Assembly: GCA_951406725.2 (NCBI GenBank)
Contig: OX597815.1
Location: forward strand, 142,662,001 to 142,726,000
DNA length: 64,000 nucleotides
Direction: 5' to 3'
Source: Octopus vulgaris
Taxonomy: Eukaryota
Shown: piece after piece, positions 26,801 to 40,583 of the stretch
How positions within the stretch are numbered: the stretch's first letter is position 1
Layout: every line of letters starts with the position of its first letter
Position numbers and translations under genes: made by a program
Notes under the pieces: generated by a model
The model's database searches: none
What the model was told of the DNA's origin: nothing
The model's input: the letters and a program-made list of their open reading frames with translations, nothing else

Positions 26801-27789
26801 CTTCCCTTACAATCATAAGTAACACTCACAGTAGAAGGTCTAATTTGCTATTACTTGAGGTCTCTGGTAGGGCTTGGAACAGCTTGTATAAAGCTAATCA
26901 ACAATAACGTAAATACCAACAACAACCACGACGATGACGATGCTGACGATGAGGACAACGACGACGACGACGATAATGATTTCTTTATAAATAACATAAG
27001 AAGGAGACTGATAAAATGTGGAAAACTGTTGAAACAGAGGTAGAAAATGCAAGCAAGCATATTGCTGAGTGTGACGTGGTGTTTTCGTTTTCATTGCAGT
27101 ACATGGAAAGGAGATTGCAGTTGAAGTGATGAAAGAAAAGTCTTTCAGTCGCAGCTAGAAAGCAGCGACACGAATAGAAATAATTACGAAGAAAAAGATT
27201 TTTTTTTTTTACCTAATGTAACAAAATCAAAAGTTAATTCAACATCCGAATTAAATGAGTTTTGCTGAAAGAGATATGGGTTTTAGACTTAGCTGCGTAT
27301 ACGTTTTAATCTTAGAATCAAGCAATCAGAACAAGATACATCAGGAAGAAAATAGCTAAGAGTTTTCTGCTGCATTTAGAATGTGCAGTGGAAAGAAAGA
27401 GACAGTCACGCAAACTATTACGGAATGGTAGAAGCCTGCTCAGACTCTACATGAAAATTGGAGACATTTCAAACTGGATATATATATTTGGCAAATCTAT
27501 GAAGTAATTCGGATTTGGAAATGTGCAAACGTGATGTAACCATAAAAACAGATCACGTCGTTCAAGTCGAGCCTGGAAAGTTTATATATGATATGGAAAT
27601 TCAAGTGGATAAGCAAATACATTTCAGACAGACATTGTCATACTCAAAAATTAAGAAACAGTTTGTTGCTTCATCGATGCTACTTGCCCGTTTGAAATTA
27701 GGGTGGTAAAGTAGGCACGACTACAGTGGGCTACACAGCACTAACATTGGCAGCATCAACAATGGAGGTCGATAGTCTTCTCTGACGAG

Positions 27790-28517
27790 AGACGGTACTG
27801 CGTTTCCCCCTCGGATGTAAGAGTGAGGGTGTGGCGTAGGAGAGGTGAACGCTACAGAGACACATGTATCATGGAGAGAGACGTGTGGGGTGGCCAAAGC
27901 ATCATGGTTTGAGGTGTTATAGGCCTGAATCAGAGAATTGGGCCTCATGTGTGCCAAACTTTTGCTGCAGGCAGAATGAATGGCTTCACAGCGCAACGCT
28001 ATGTTGACCAGATCCTAAGACCTCACATTTTGTCCTTCTTCGCGCATCACCATATTCCAGCAGCACAATGCTCCCACCCACATAGCCAGGGTCACCATGC
28101 ACTTCCTGCGTCAGCACAACATCAGAGCCAAGCAGTGGCTGGCTCTCAGACCGGATTTGAAGACAGGTGAACACCTGTGGGATGAAATACAGAGACGGCC
28201 GAAAATCTCGTGTGGAACTGGAGGCAGCTTTCCTCAGCGTATGAGCACAGGTCCACTGGCTTTTGTGAACCGCCTCATACACTCCATATACCGACGGTAT
28301 AACGTTTTGAATACCCAGGGACGGCATACCCGGTATTGAACATGTCACGCCCTACAATCTCAATATACTGGATCCGCTCACAATCAGAACTCATGATAAT
28401 GACCTATACATTGTGCTCAAAGTGCATCCAAGAAAGTGACTTTATCAGATTTGTCAAAGTTTATCTCTGACATATTTCACAGTCACACAAGTCTCGCCTT
28501 TCTTTTGAAGTTCGGTG
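27790..28517 (+). mobile_element. Degraded Tc1-like DNA transposon, 3' half
   Basis: GGQSIMV*G, AQRYVDQILRPH, QHNAP.H, W.ALRPDLKTGEHLWDEIQRR, GRHTRY*; right end ...GAAGTTCGGTG|TA. Confidence 0.8.
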
Positions 28518-29322
28518 TATGAAGAAAATATGTCCGCTCTTAATGGTCAGATTTTGGGAGATTTTCAGCTCCAAATGAGATGTGGTCCAACAGAACTATG
28601 ATTAATGGATTTCCCTTCATGACCATTTCACCACTTTTTATGACTACCTAAGACTCCTTTCGTTCGTGTAACTATTTCTTGTAAAAAAGATACAGTAGTT
28701 TCTAAAACATGGCTGCTATTTTTAGCATGTATTGCGACTGCATTGAGTCTGTTCCACTGCTGGGTGTATATTTAAATGCACAATGCGATTTTTAAGCATG
28801 CTGAACTTAAAACACTTGTCTGTCTACATAATGCGCTAAGAGGCTGTGAGAAATAAGAAATATTCGAGGTGGGTCTCTCAGAAATTATCATAGACACATA
28901 TCTTCTGTCTATAAAATTACAATGGAAGATTCAATTATATGTTTCTTTCTTTTTTAGCTCATTACATATACGTATGTTACTTGCCAGGTACTACACTATA
29001 AGCTATGTATATTTTGAAAATATAAAAAAGAAAAATTCGAAAAAGAATTTTTGGAGATTGTTTTAAAGATTACTAGTGTAGAAAAAAATGTCAACTTGAA
29101 ATTATCTTTGGCACAACATGATTCAATAAATATGTTTAAGATATTTTTCATGGGGGACATTTTAAGTGGATTTTTAAATGGCAGACATTACAAAAAGATT
29201 ATTGAAATTGATGTAACGTATATGCGTAAAAAATAAAGTGTCATCTCACGTACTGTGTCTCTCTATAAAGAGACAAACACTCACAGAGACATGAGTGTAT
29301 GTATGTATGTATGTGTATATTT

Positions 29323-29368
<46 letters not shown>

Positions 29369-30614
29369 TATATACATATATAAGTTTATATTTATATTCA
29401 CATTTATATCTACATACATGACTCTGTGTGTGTGTGTGCATGTGGGTGTTATACATGTCTGTATGGGAATGTTTATGTCTAGTTATATATATGTATATGT
29501 ACGTAGGTATTTTTGATTGTATGTAAGTGTATGTATGTGTATATAAGTGTATGTATATATGTATATTTATATCAAAACAGAACTTGATAATGAATACAAG
29601 CAGAAGAGTTCAATGTTTATTCGCCATGGGTAATAGTGACGGTGAAATTTCGCCAAAGGTAGCTCTTTGAACTATATAGGGATAAAGAGAAATCCTATTA
29701 TGAAAACATCTATAAGATATTGCATTTGAGGGAATTTATTTTTTATGGAGTACTACAGTAACTGATAGCAAATAGATATTGTTTGTTTACAATTTATAAG
29801 GCCAAAAACATTATGATAAATACGGGGTTTTAACGATTATGAGTGTGGATATATGATTATGTGTGAGTTTTCACATGCGGGTGTAGACGTTTTCATGGAT
29901 GTACATGTGTGTGTTTACACATGCAGGTGTACACATGTCCATGAGCGCTCGTATGGAGGATGCGTGTGTGGCGTAGGAACGTGCGTGTGCGCGTGTGTGA
30001 AATGGACGTTTTTAATGTATGTGTGTATGTATATGTATGTGTGTATATATGTGTATGTGTATGTAACTTGAAAACATGAAAAGAGAATCCTTAAAATTTC
30101 AAACGTTAATAAACGATGTAATTCATTCATACTATGAATAATGAGTGTTGCAGATTTGCTGTAGAACTATCTTAGCTAGATGTCTACAAATAATTTCAGT
30201 ATTCCAGAATAAAACTTTAGCTCTAGATAGAAAGGAAGCATAAAAATCAAAATAAATGGATAACATAAAATTTTAAATACTGCTTATTAAAAACACGATC
30301 GAAATTCTGTGTTTAATGTGTACTTCATTTTAGTTCAGGTACCAAGGAACTATATGAAGGAAGGAAGAATCTATGTGATTACTAATATGCATATACGTTC
30401 TATTTTCAATGATATAAAATTGTACAGGAAGACTAATCTAGTTTAATGGTTTTAAAAATATCTTTCTTGTGAAACCAGTGGAAATTCTGATTGTCCATGA
30501 ATTTGTAATGGAGAGTAAGTGAATATACTAGACAAGCGCGGTGGTGGAGGACAAACGTAATCATACAAACACGCACATGCATACATGCATACATATATAT
30601 TTATATATATATAT

Positions 30615-30761
30615 TTCTCTCCTTGTTTTTTCTGTGTCCCTTTCTGTAGAAGAGCGTAGGCTCGAAACGTAAAAGACTTTTTCTATTCCTGAGCGTTATA
30701 TTAATACATCTGTTTGTTTTGTACACCACATGTCTTCGTCTTTTGTTTTTTCGTAAACTCT

Positions 30762-30765
<4 letters not shown>
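30615..30765 (+). mobile_element. Solo Penelope pLTR-like fragment with hammerhead-like motif
   Basis: Homologous to 47936-48114; contains CTTT-CTGTAGA-A-GAGC(GTAG)GCTC-GAAAC-GTA-AAAG; embedded in (TA)n. Confidence 0.75.
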
Positions 30766-30815
<50 letters not shown>

Positions 30816-30982
30816 ACATACATACATATATATACATACATACATACATACATACATACATACATACATACATACATACATGCATACATACATACATACA
30901 TACAAACATACATACATATATACATACATACATACATACATACATACATACATACATACATACATACATACATACATACATA
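30765..30982. repeat. (TA)n + (TACA)n microsatellite
   Basis: Direct inspection. Confidence 0.95.
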
Positions 30983-31100
30983 CGACGGGCTTTTTTCAGT
31001 TTCCGTTTACCAAACCCACTCACTTGCCCAAGGCGCCACGCAGTAAGAATGAAACCGGAATCATGTAGTCGGAAAGCAATCTTCTATCGACATGCACCCA
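30981..31100 (-). mobile_element. Partial CORE-type SINE (5' part)
   Basis: TACGACGGGCTTTTTTCAGTTTCCG..CACTTGCCCAAGGCGCCACGCAG; homologous to 20970-21128. Confidence 0.75.
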
Positions 31101-31254
31101 TATGCATAGAAATAAGTGCATTGCTGTTATTTTCAAGAAACCAAGAATGGAGATAAGTTTGAAGTTTATACTAATAATTATATGAAATTTTTACAAGTGT
31201 AGCTTAGGGGACGTGGGGATTCGTGTTTTAGTTGCACAAGATCTCCATGATTGT

Positions 31255-31545
31255 GTCGAGAACGATGAGAAGTTATTGAAAATTTTGTGTAGGCTTCTGC
31301 GCACATATCGCCAAGCTTTTTGCAAAAATTGATGCAGGTTGTCTGCTCAAATTCCTCTGTCATGGTCAATGCGACGATCATACGCCACACACCTTCCTTC
31401 TAAGCACTGTTGTAAACAGCGGAGGTGAGCTAGAACGTTAAAAGTTAGTGCGCATGCACAGCAGAGATCAAGGTCAATTTGTGCCAAGCGGCTTCACTCT
31501 GCGTGCTTTAGTTTTGTTACAGTCTGGATACTTATTGATCAGACC
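31255..31545 (-). mobile_element. Mariner-type transposon 5' remnant
   Basis: MTEEFEQTTCINFCKKLGDMCAEAYTK resembles the mariner N-terminal EQR..IKFC.KLG HTH start; TIR-like GGTCTGATCAATAAGTATCCAGACTG upstream. Confidence 0.6.
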
Positions 31546-32190
31546 AAACGCACACACATATATGTATATATATTTATACATGCATGTATGTTTGTATATA
31601 TATGTATGTCTATATCAATGTATCTATCTATTTCCCTATATTTGATTCAACATTTGTCTCAGAAACAATTTGAAATGATGAAATATCGAAAGTGATTTAC
31701 TCATTTTTATGCAGGTTTAATGCGTTTGTAACAATATAAATCAATATAAACGTCACATAATGGGGGAAAATGCGCCGAATGAGTATAGAAACAGAGTCCC
31801 GATCAATTGCATCAATATTACCTCTTGCTGAGAGAAAGACAAGCTGCACTCATTGTTAATTATATACCAACAATATACCCACTAACTAATCGATCTAATA
31901 CGCGTGGACATAATTAAATTTAGATATTGATTAAAATATATTGCACTTGTTCGTCCGATCCGCGTGTTTCCTGAACTGATAATTTCTGCAATATACTAAT
32001 CACCAACTATATATCAAGTAAAGATTCATTTCAACAAAGTCTCCACCTTCACCAATAAAGCTATGTAAACGCTAATCACCCAATATGTCCAAAATGTTCT
32101 TGTCATTTATAATGTAATGACAATGCATATTGAGTGCATGGTCATTTATCAATACGTAATTATATTATCATTAAATAAATTTCAAACAAA

Positions 32191-32255
<65 letters not shown>

Positions 32256-32269
32256 TAATAATAATAATA
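32191..32269. repeat. (AAT)n microsatellite
   Basis: Direct inspection. Confidence 0.95.
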
Positions 32270-32502
32270 AAAATATCTTGCCGTTTTGTAGGTTTAATAG
32301 GATCTATATGTTTTCTATATCTGGTCTATAAAAATGACATTGATGATGAAAATGACAATTATATAATATAATCTGCGTACGAATAACAGTATGCACACAA
32401 GCACACACGCTTGCGCATATAGGGATACAGAAACGCGCGCGCGCACACTTAGAAACATTTGCATACATATAATCAGACATTTGCATATATATACATATTC
32501 AT

Positions 32503-32536
<34 letters not shown>

Positions 32537-32836
32537 GTTTATACATACACACGCACATATATATATATACATATATATATACATACACATGCACACAGAC
32601 ATTTATATATATATATATATATACATATATATATACATACACACACAAATATTTATATATATATATATATATACATACTCACATACACACACACGCACAC
32701 ACATATACACACACGCAAACACACACAAACTGGAGGAGTGGAGCGAGTACATCAATTTACAATTGTTTCATCTGAATTCGATCTCAAACGATATTATTAT
32801 TTTTTTATACATACATACAAATATATAAATATATAA

Positions 32837-32879
<43 letters not shown>

Positions 32880-32959
32880 GGCACACGCATATATGTATCG
32901 TCTATGACAGTAACATATACATGAACAAGTGTGCTCACGTATAAATAACAATGTAAATT

Positions 32960-32998
<39 letters not shown>

Positions 32999-33023
32999 GT
33001 ATGCATGTATGTATGTATATATG

Positions 33024-33057
<34 letters not shown>

Positions 33058-33502
33058 TGTATGTATGTATGTATGTCTATTTATATATGGAAACTCACAA
33101 ATGTACATTCATAAATGTGCTTACATCAATGTAGGAATGTATATGCATACACAAATATGTCCATATTTTTCATGTATGTACGCATGCATGTATCGTGGAT
33201 GAGTTGCTGTCAATGTCGGATTCTTTTCTGATGATCGCTATTTTATGATTTTCTAAAGTATCAAATAAATAGCCGCACATTAATGTAATGTCTGAAAGTT
33301 GTCATATTTTTACCTGAAATTACACTTAATGTTATTAAAACTAATTTTAAAATTACTTTTCTTATTTTCTTCCTTTCTTCCACATTACATTCTCGAATGC
33401 TTTCTATTTATGAAGTGATTTTTCTATTTTCCCCAGTGAATCTAACTTTGAATATGTACCCAATCTCTCTCCCTCCCCATCTCTCTGTCTCTGTCTCTTT
33501 CT

Positions 33503-33540
<38 letters not shown>

Positions 33541-33658
33541 AATTAATTTCTTTCTTTCGCTTGTTTTCCTATGCATCTTTTCCCTTATTTTATCTATCTC
33601 TTTATCTCTCATGCCTCTTACTCCTTTTCTCTCTGTCTGATTCTCTCTCCTTCTCTCC

Positions 33659-33698
<40 letters not shown>

Positions 33699-36231
33699 CG
33701 TTCTTTCTCTGTGTATATGTATGTGTATGGTTCACTGTTTTCTCTAATTCTCTCATTCCTCAATCTCTGTTCAGTTATCCTGTTGTCCTCTGCATACCTA
33801 TGCACCACTGTTTCCTTCTGTTTCTCTCTCTCGCTCTCTCTATCTCTCTCTCACTCTCTCTCACTCCCTCTCTCGCTCTGTCCTTGAGTATGTGTGTGTG
33901 TTTATATCTTTCTGTTTTTCTATTTTTTTATCTTTCTATATTTATTTCTATACCCACCTCCCTAACATTTTCTGTTTTCCTTCGTCTCTATCCTCTACGG
34001 TTTCTTTTTCTATTTCTGTATTCATTTATATCAATTCTCCTCCCTTTTCTTTCTCTTTTTCTTTCTCATTCTCTTTATATCTCTTTATTTTTCTCGCTCA
34101 CTTTGTCTTACCCTTTCCCTTTTTGCTATCATTCACAATGTTTCCCTCCTACCATTGTATCTTCGAATCTAAATATTTTCCATATGTTGTTGTTATTCCC
34201 ATGCTGTTTTTGTTGTTACTGTTATTTGTCCATAAATTTGCTAATTTCATTATTATAACGCAGAGTAATCAATAAAAAATGCCAAATTTGGCCTTATCCT
34301 TCGATGATGATTTTTCCTCTTAACAATCTTTATTAAATTTATCAAACATGAACATGAAGAATATAAAGAACAAGACAATTATCAACTTTTCACGTATCTA
34401 TATCTGAGAGCAAATCGTTTTGTTTTCCCCAGCGGAATTAATATATTTCGGTTTGGATTGATAATTAATTTGTATCATTTCCTGACCCTACTTTATTAGA
34501 ATTGATTTTCATTCGGGAATATAATGAAGGCATTAACGAAACTTAACTTTTACTTTATTTTTGTTTTTTGTTTTCTTTTCTTCCTGCTGAAGATGATATT
34601 TTCTGTTAATTTATTTCAAAATATATTTCAGGGTCAGCTTTTGCATCGGGATGAAAATTAAATGAAAATTCAGTAACTAATGTCACCAATGAAATGAAGA
34701 ATAGAAATTTTTTAAGGAAAAGAAAATCACTCGAAATTGCAACGTGATGTTCGCTCTCTAACCGGTTATATCACATGTATCGATTCGATGTATAATTAAA
34801 AATTTCCATGGAAACGTTCAGGTTTGATCTCTGGCCCCACAATAATGAGTGACCTTTCGGCCGTCACTTATTGTCACTCAAATGCATAATAAGATTAATG
34901 AAAACAATAATTAACAATCTTTTATTCTAGCAATTTCTATCAGTTCCATTCCTTAGCAACCAGCGTATTAAAGAAAGATAATCTTTGAAAGTAATGGTTA
35001 TTTTTATGTTCAAAATTCCAACATTGACAAACGAGATGTTTTATTGTTCGACAGAAGGAATATATTAGTCAACCACGCAAAAGTACTTATTGTACAACCC
35101 CGCTACCACTATCCTTTACCCACCATCACTGTGACACTTATCTTTATAGTAATGATATTCTCATCTGAGCAACCTGCTAAAAATAGCATCTAATTTCCCT
35201 CATATCAAAGCCTAACATCTGCAATGAGAGAATAATGTAATTCTCTATATTACTAAAAAGAAATAATGGTCACAACAGAAAGTCTTTAATCACAACACTG
35301 TTGAATGGAGGATGATTTACAGCTATAGAATAACCATAGGTACAGTGTCACATTTGAAATTATTTAGAGAATTTTAAAATACGTTATATGAATATTTTGT
35401 ATTTACTTTCTATTTATGACTGAAGAATTATTGTTTGTTTGTCAGATCCTGTTCAGAAGATATGACAGCACAGAAGTTAACAAATACAATTACTTTCTTA
35501 TTTATATTGAATCCTCTCCAAAGATTCTCTATTTAAAAATCTATTTACAATCTTAACAATACACTTTTTGTCTCTCTTCCGATAATAAATTAGGAAAACG
35601 ATTGGATGTATCTTATGTTCGGGTAAACGTAAGCAAAAGCATAAGCTTGCTGATATTCATTCTGTTATTACACTGAGAGTTTCAGCCAACTTACCGATGG
35701 TTCCGTGTCTCCAATTTTCAGGCTTGCAGTCAGTTTCAAAAATATTGTCGAAAAGATAGAGGTGCTGAAAATTCATAGCTGGACTTCTATGTTTCAATAA
35801 TTCAACCCTAATTTCATCTTAACTAGCAGTATTAAGGAACAGTAGTTCTTTAAATGATTCATTGGCCCAAGAATCGTCGTTCTTTCTATGGGACTGGCAT
35901 TAACGGCAATGATATCGCTACTGCTGCATTTTGAGTTAACAAATAGTTGAACTGTCCTTCAAAATTCTCTTTCAAACTGTTCTGAATGTCTTCGTTATTA
36001 CTAAAACTTTTTTGTGTTTCGTATGTTTGTTAGTCTTATTTCTACATGCTGCAAATTCCTCGACAGTTATGCATTTATATATATACACCAGACATAATCT
36101 ATACAATGTTCTTCTATGAATTTTGCCAGCTGCTTCTGTGGAGCTTCTTATAATTTTCAATAGCCAGATTTCTATGTCAATCTTTCGGATATGTTTTACT
36201 TTATAAGTATTGTAATATTCACGATGAATTA

Positions 36232-36616
36232 AGGCGGCGAGCTGACAGAAACGTTAGCACGCCGGGCGAAATGCGTAGCCATATTTCGTCTGCCGTTACG
36301 TTCTGAGTTCAAATTCCGCGGAGGTCGACTTTGCCCTTCATCTTTTCGGGGTCGATAAATTAAGTAACAGTTACGCACTGGCGTCGATATAATCGACTTA
36401 ATCCCTTTGTCTGTCCTTGTTTGTCCCCTCTGTGTTTATCCCCTTATGGGTAGTAAAGAAATAGGTATTTCGTCTGTCTTTACGTTCTAAATTCAAATTC
36501 CGCCGAGGTCGGCTTTGCCTTTTATCCTTTCAGAGTCGATAAATTAAGTACCAGTTACGTAATCGACTGGCCCTCTCCCCCAAAATTTCGGACCTCGTGA
36601 CTAGAGTAGAAAAGAT
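36232..36616 (+). mobile_element. Dimeric tRNA-derived SINE (Nin/Deu-like domain)
   Basis: GGCGGCGAGCTGACAGAAACGTTAGC head; two internal units TATTTCGTCTG..GTTC.AAATTCCGC..GAGGTCG.CTTTGCC..GTCGATAAATTAAGTA.CAG. Confidence 0.88.
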
Positions 36617-36622
36617 TATTCA

Positions 36623-36945
36623 CGCTGTGTGGTAAGAAGTTTGCTTCCCAACCACATGGTACCAGGTCCAGTCTCACACGTGGCATTTTAGGCAATGTAT
36701 CTCTACAGTAGCCTTAGGCCGACCAAAGCCTAGTGAGTGTATTTGATAGACGCAAACTGAAAGAAACCTGCTGTGTGTGTGTGTGTTCGTGTTTGTAGCG
36801 CCACCACTTTAACAACCAGTGTTGAAGTGTTTATGTCTCCATAGCTTAGAAAAAGGAGACGACACAATAAGAACCAGACTTTAAAAAACGTGCAGGTGTC
36901 GGTTCGTTCGACTAATAACTTTTCATTGTGAAACAAGTAACATAT
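36623..36945 (+). mobile_element. Degraded CORE-type SINE
   Basis: GCTGTGTGGTAAGAAGTTTGCTTCCCAACCACATGG..GGCCGACCAAAGCC..AACTGAAAGAA; same family as 20695-21128. Confidence 0.8.
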
Positions 36946-36959
36946 AAAAGATAATGGAT

Positions 36960-38505
36960 AAAATTATCAGTATACCTTGCTTTGTCCTTTCTTTACAGTG
37001 TTTTCATTCAATCAATTAGATTCCAGCTGTCAGGTGATCTTCAAGCTTCTTTTTGGCTGCCTCTTGTTTTTTCCCCAGGGGGATCTCTACAATTTCTTTG
37101 ATGGATATTTAGTATATATCCCACCGAGCTTCGTTGTCTTCAACGATTTGAGTTTGCCAATAACAAATTGGTGATCTGAAGTGTCTGCACCGCTATATAT
37201 TTTATCATGCTGCACAGCAGACATTCATCTCTTACTAATATAAAAACGGTCTATTTCATTTGAAGGTCTATCATCAGGTGCAGTCTATGTATATTTATGA
37301 ATTCCTTTGTTTGAAATGTGAATTGCTAAAGCATACATTGTTAAATGCATAGAAATCGATCAATACTTCTCCACTTTGATTCCGGACACCATCAAGAATC
37401 GTCCAATTACTGATTCATAATCGTTTCTCAGTTCATCGAGCTGTGCATTAAATTCCCCGATAAGAATCTTATTATCATAGTTCGGCATCAGGTTCATAAA
37501 ATTCTGTAGAGTGGTTTAGAAATTTTTGTGATTTTGATCCGTGCTGCCTCTATTAGTTGCTGCTTTAGGATTGGTGCGTTTAGTTGAGAAGTGATGATAC
37601 CCTCATAAAACTTGTTCCACTCGAGTAAGCCTTGCTGCTGAGTTTTACTCAAAATTATGCCTACACCATGCGTTTGATCCTTTTCTTTTCATGAGAATAA
37701 AGCAGTGAAACATTCATGGTTGAACCAGTCAAAAGCAGTCTATCTCATTTCAGAAATTTCTAGAATATCTGCTTCGTTTGTTTTCTTTTCATTGTGGAAG
37801 CACTCCGTCGGTTACGACGATGAGGGTTACGGTTGATCCGAATCAACGGAACAGCCTGCTCGTGAAATTAACGTGTAAGTGGCTGAGCACTCCACAGACA
37901 CGTGCACCCGTAACGTAGTTCTCGGGGATATTCAGCGTGACACAGAGAGTGACAAGGCCGGCCCCTTGAAATACATGTACAACAGAAACAGGAAGTAAGT
38001 GTGAGGGAAAGTTGTGGTGAAAGAGTACAGCAGGGTTTACCACCATCCCCTGCCGGAGCCTCGTAGAGCTTTTAGGTGTTTTCGCTCAATAAACACTCAC
38101 AACGCCCGGTTTGGGAATCGAAACCGCGATCCTATGACCGCGAGTCCGCTGCCCTAACCACTGGGCCATTGCACCTCCACATTTCTTTTCATTAAGCAGC
38201 TGATAAATCTTGTCATAACCTGAGAGGGATCTCATGCTCCATGTACCAATGAGCATAATTTTTGCTGTTGTTAGGATGTTGGTTATAGAGCAACTAGCTC
38301 CGATGGTTTCACTGATAGCCGTCATACTTCTCTGATTTGGGAAAGCTCCTCCAACCAGCAGTCATTGGTTTGCGTTTCCATCACAAGAGGCTTCGAAGAG
38401 TTTAGTTTGATTCGGATAATTTCGATAGCGGTGAATAATTTTAATGGACGGGGTGCTGATTCATCGCCAACACTCTTCCCTATTTAATCCCGGCTTGGGA
38501 CCAAC
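36960..38505 (-). mobile_element. Degraded RTE-clade LINE 5' portion (5'UTR + APE endonuclease), interrupted by a SINE
   Basis: IGTWSMRSL..YQLLNEK continues after the SINE as DILEISEMR and HGVGIILSK; 5'UTR motif GGTCCCAAGCCGGGATTAAATAGGGAAGAG. Confidence 0.7.
37794..38181 (-). mobile_element. Full-length tRNA-derived SINE with 12-bp TSD
   Basis: Head GTGGAGGTGCAATGGCCCAGTGGTTAGGGCAGCGG..GGTTTCGATTCCC; TSD TTTCTTTTCATT at 37782-37793 and 38182-38193. Confidence 0.92.
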
Positions 38506-38582
38506 TCTGGCGTACTTTGAATTAACATACATACAAAGCTTCTGATATGTGAACAGTGTTTCTTTTCGTTGGTGTGTAATAT

Positions 38583-38962
38583 GGTGGCACTCCGCCTGTT
38601 ACGACGACGAGGCTTCCATTTGATCCGATCAACGGAACAGCCTGGTAGTGAAATTAACATGCAAGTGGCTGAGCACTCCACAGCCACCTGTACCCTTAAC
38701 ATAGCTCTCGGGGATAGTCAGCGTGACACAGAGTGTGACAAGGCTGGCCCTTTGAAATACAGGTAAACCAGAAACAGGAAGAAAAAGTGAGAGAAAGTTG
38801 TGGTGAAAGAATGCGACAGGGTTTGCCACGCCACTAGCTGAAGGCTCGTGGAGTTTAGGTGTTTTCGCTCAATAAACACTCGCAATGCCCGGTCTGGGAA
38901 TCGAAACCGCGATCCTACGACCGCGATTCCGCTGCCCTAACCACTGGGCCATTGCCTCCACA
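38583..38962 (-). mobile_element. Second copy of the same tRNA SINE with an 11-bp imperfect TSD
   Basis: Colinear with 37794-38181; TSD GTGTGTAATAT (38572-38582) / GTGTATAATAT (38963-38973). Confidence 0.9.
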
Positions 38963-39207
38963 GTGTATAATATATTAATCTCTTTATTGCCCACAGGGTG
39001 GGGGCTAAACACAGAGGGAACAGACACACACGCACGCACACACACATGCACACACACACACACACACAAACACACAAACACATACTTATACAGAGGATGA
39101 CGACTAAATTTTACCTATACAGCTTATATTGCGCAGAGCTAGCCAAATTAATTTTATACTACACGATTTGGATCTTCGCTAAATCAGCCATAAATTTATA
39201 TGGCAAA

Positions 39208-39210
39208 TAT

Positions 39211-39254
<44 letters not shown>

Positions 39255-39309
39255 CATATATATGTATATATATGTATATATATGTATACATATATATATA
39301 CATATATAT

Positions 39310-39396
<87 letters not shown>
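39208..39396. repeat. (TA)n-rich microsatellite
   Basis: Direct inspection. Confidence 0.95.
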
Positions 39397-39400
<4 letters not shown>

Positions 39401-39710
39401 GCGATTATCTCCCTTACACCGGAAGAAATCACTTATTACCTCCCCTTATCTGGAACTCTTCTCAACATAAACATAACGATAACTCTCCTCAACGTAAACA
39501 TAACGATGTAAGAAATTTGAAAAGCTGAACGCGAAACCGGTCATTTCTTCAAAAACTATGTCATTGTGGGAAAAAAATTTATAACATCCTTCAGACATAT
39601 TGACTCAAATATATATTTTTTAACCTTTTAAAACAAGCCTTCTGTAGTTTTTTCACTTTCTACTATTTTCTATATATTCAACCACGTGCTTTCACACATC
39701 AACTTTCTCA

Positions 39711-39751
<41 letters not shown>

Positions 39752-40054
39752 TGATAGAGAGAATTAGCTGTTTGCTGAAGGCAATGGAGGCGACTTTTCT
39801 CAACCTCCATTAGGAAGAAACTGTGAAGTCCAGTATAAATATGCTTTTACAGCTATAAGTGCCTGAACTCTTATTTCTAGCAATATATGTGCTTGTAGAA
39901 CACGGTCATAATCAGTGACGACCTAAATTTTGCCAATACGTTTGATATTGCACGCAGCTGCCCGCATTAATTTGATTCTATACCATTTCGCATTTCGCTA
40001 AATCAGCCATAAATACACACACACTGTAGATGTACATATATATACATACATACA

Positions 40055-40087
<33 letters not shown>

Positions 40088-40088
40088 G

Positions 40089-40166
<78 letters not shown>

Positions 40167-40488
40167 TATTGAATACAAATAGCTTTTCTTTTCTGATAAT
40201 GTTTCCACTTTAGTAATTAGACGTTTATAAGTCATTAGGTGTTTACAATAGGTGATACTGATAGGAGTTCATCGCTTGAAAGCGCTTTTCAGTGTTTGTT
40301 ATTCACTGTTTAAATAGGGAGTGTTTAATTACAAACATACACCCACGCAAACACCAACACACACATACACACTAGATCATAGGACTGTACATATATACAC
40401 ACGCAGTGAAGCAACAACCACATACATCTGTTCATTCACATACATTTATACACATACAAACACATATATACGTATATATATCTGTATG

Positions 40489-40582
<94 letters not shown>
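40489..40582. repeat. (TAGA)n microsatellite
   Basis: Direct inspection. Confidence 0.96.

Positions 40583-40583
<1 letters not shown>

Noticed and set aside
27250-27700. Possible very old R4-type RLE remnant (YDMEIQVDKQI..DIVI)
   Set aside because: Too degraded to set boundaries or call with confidence.
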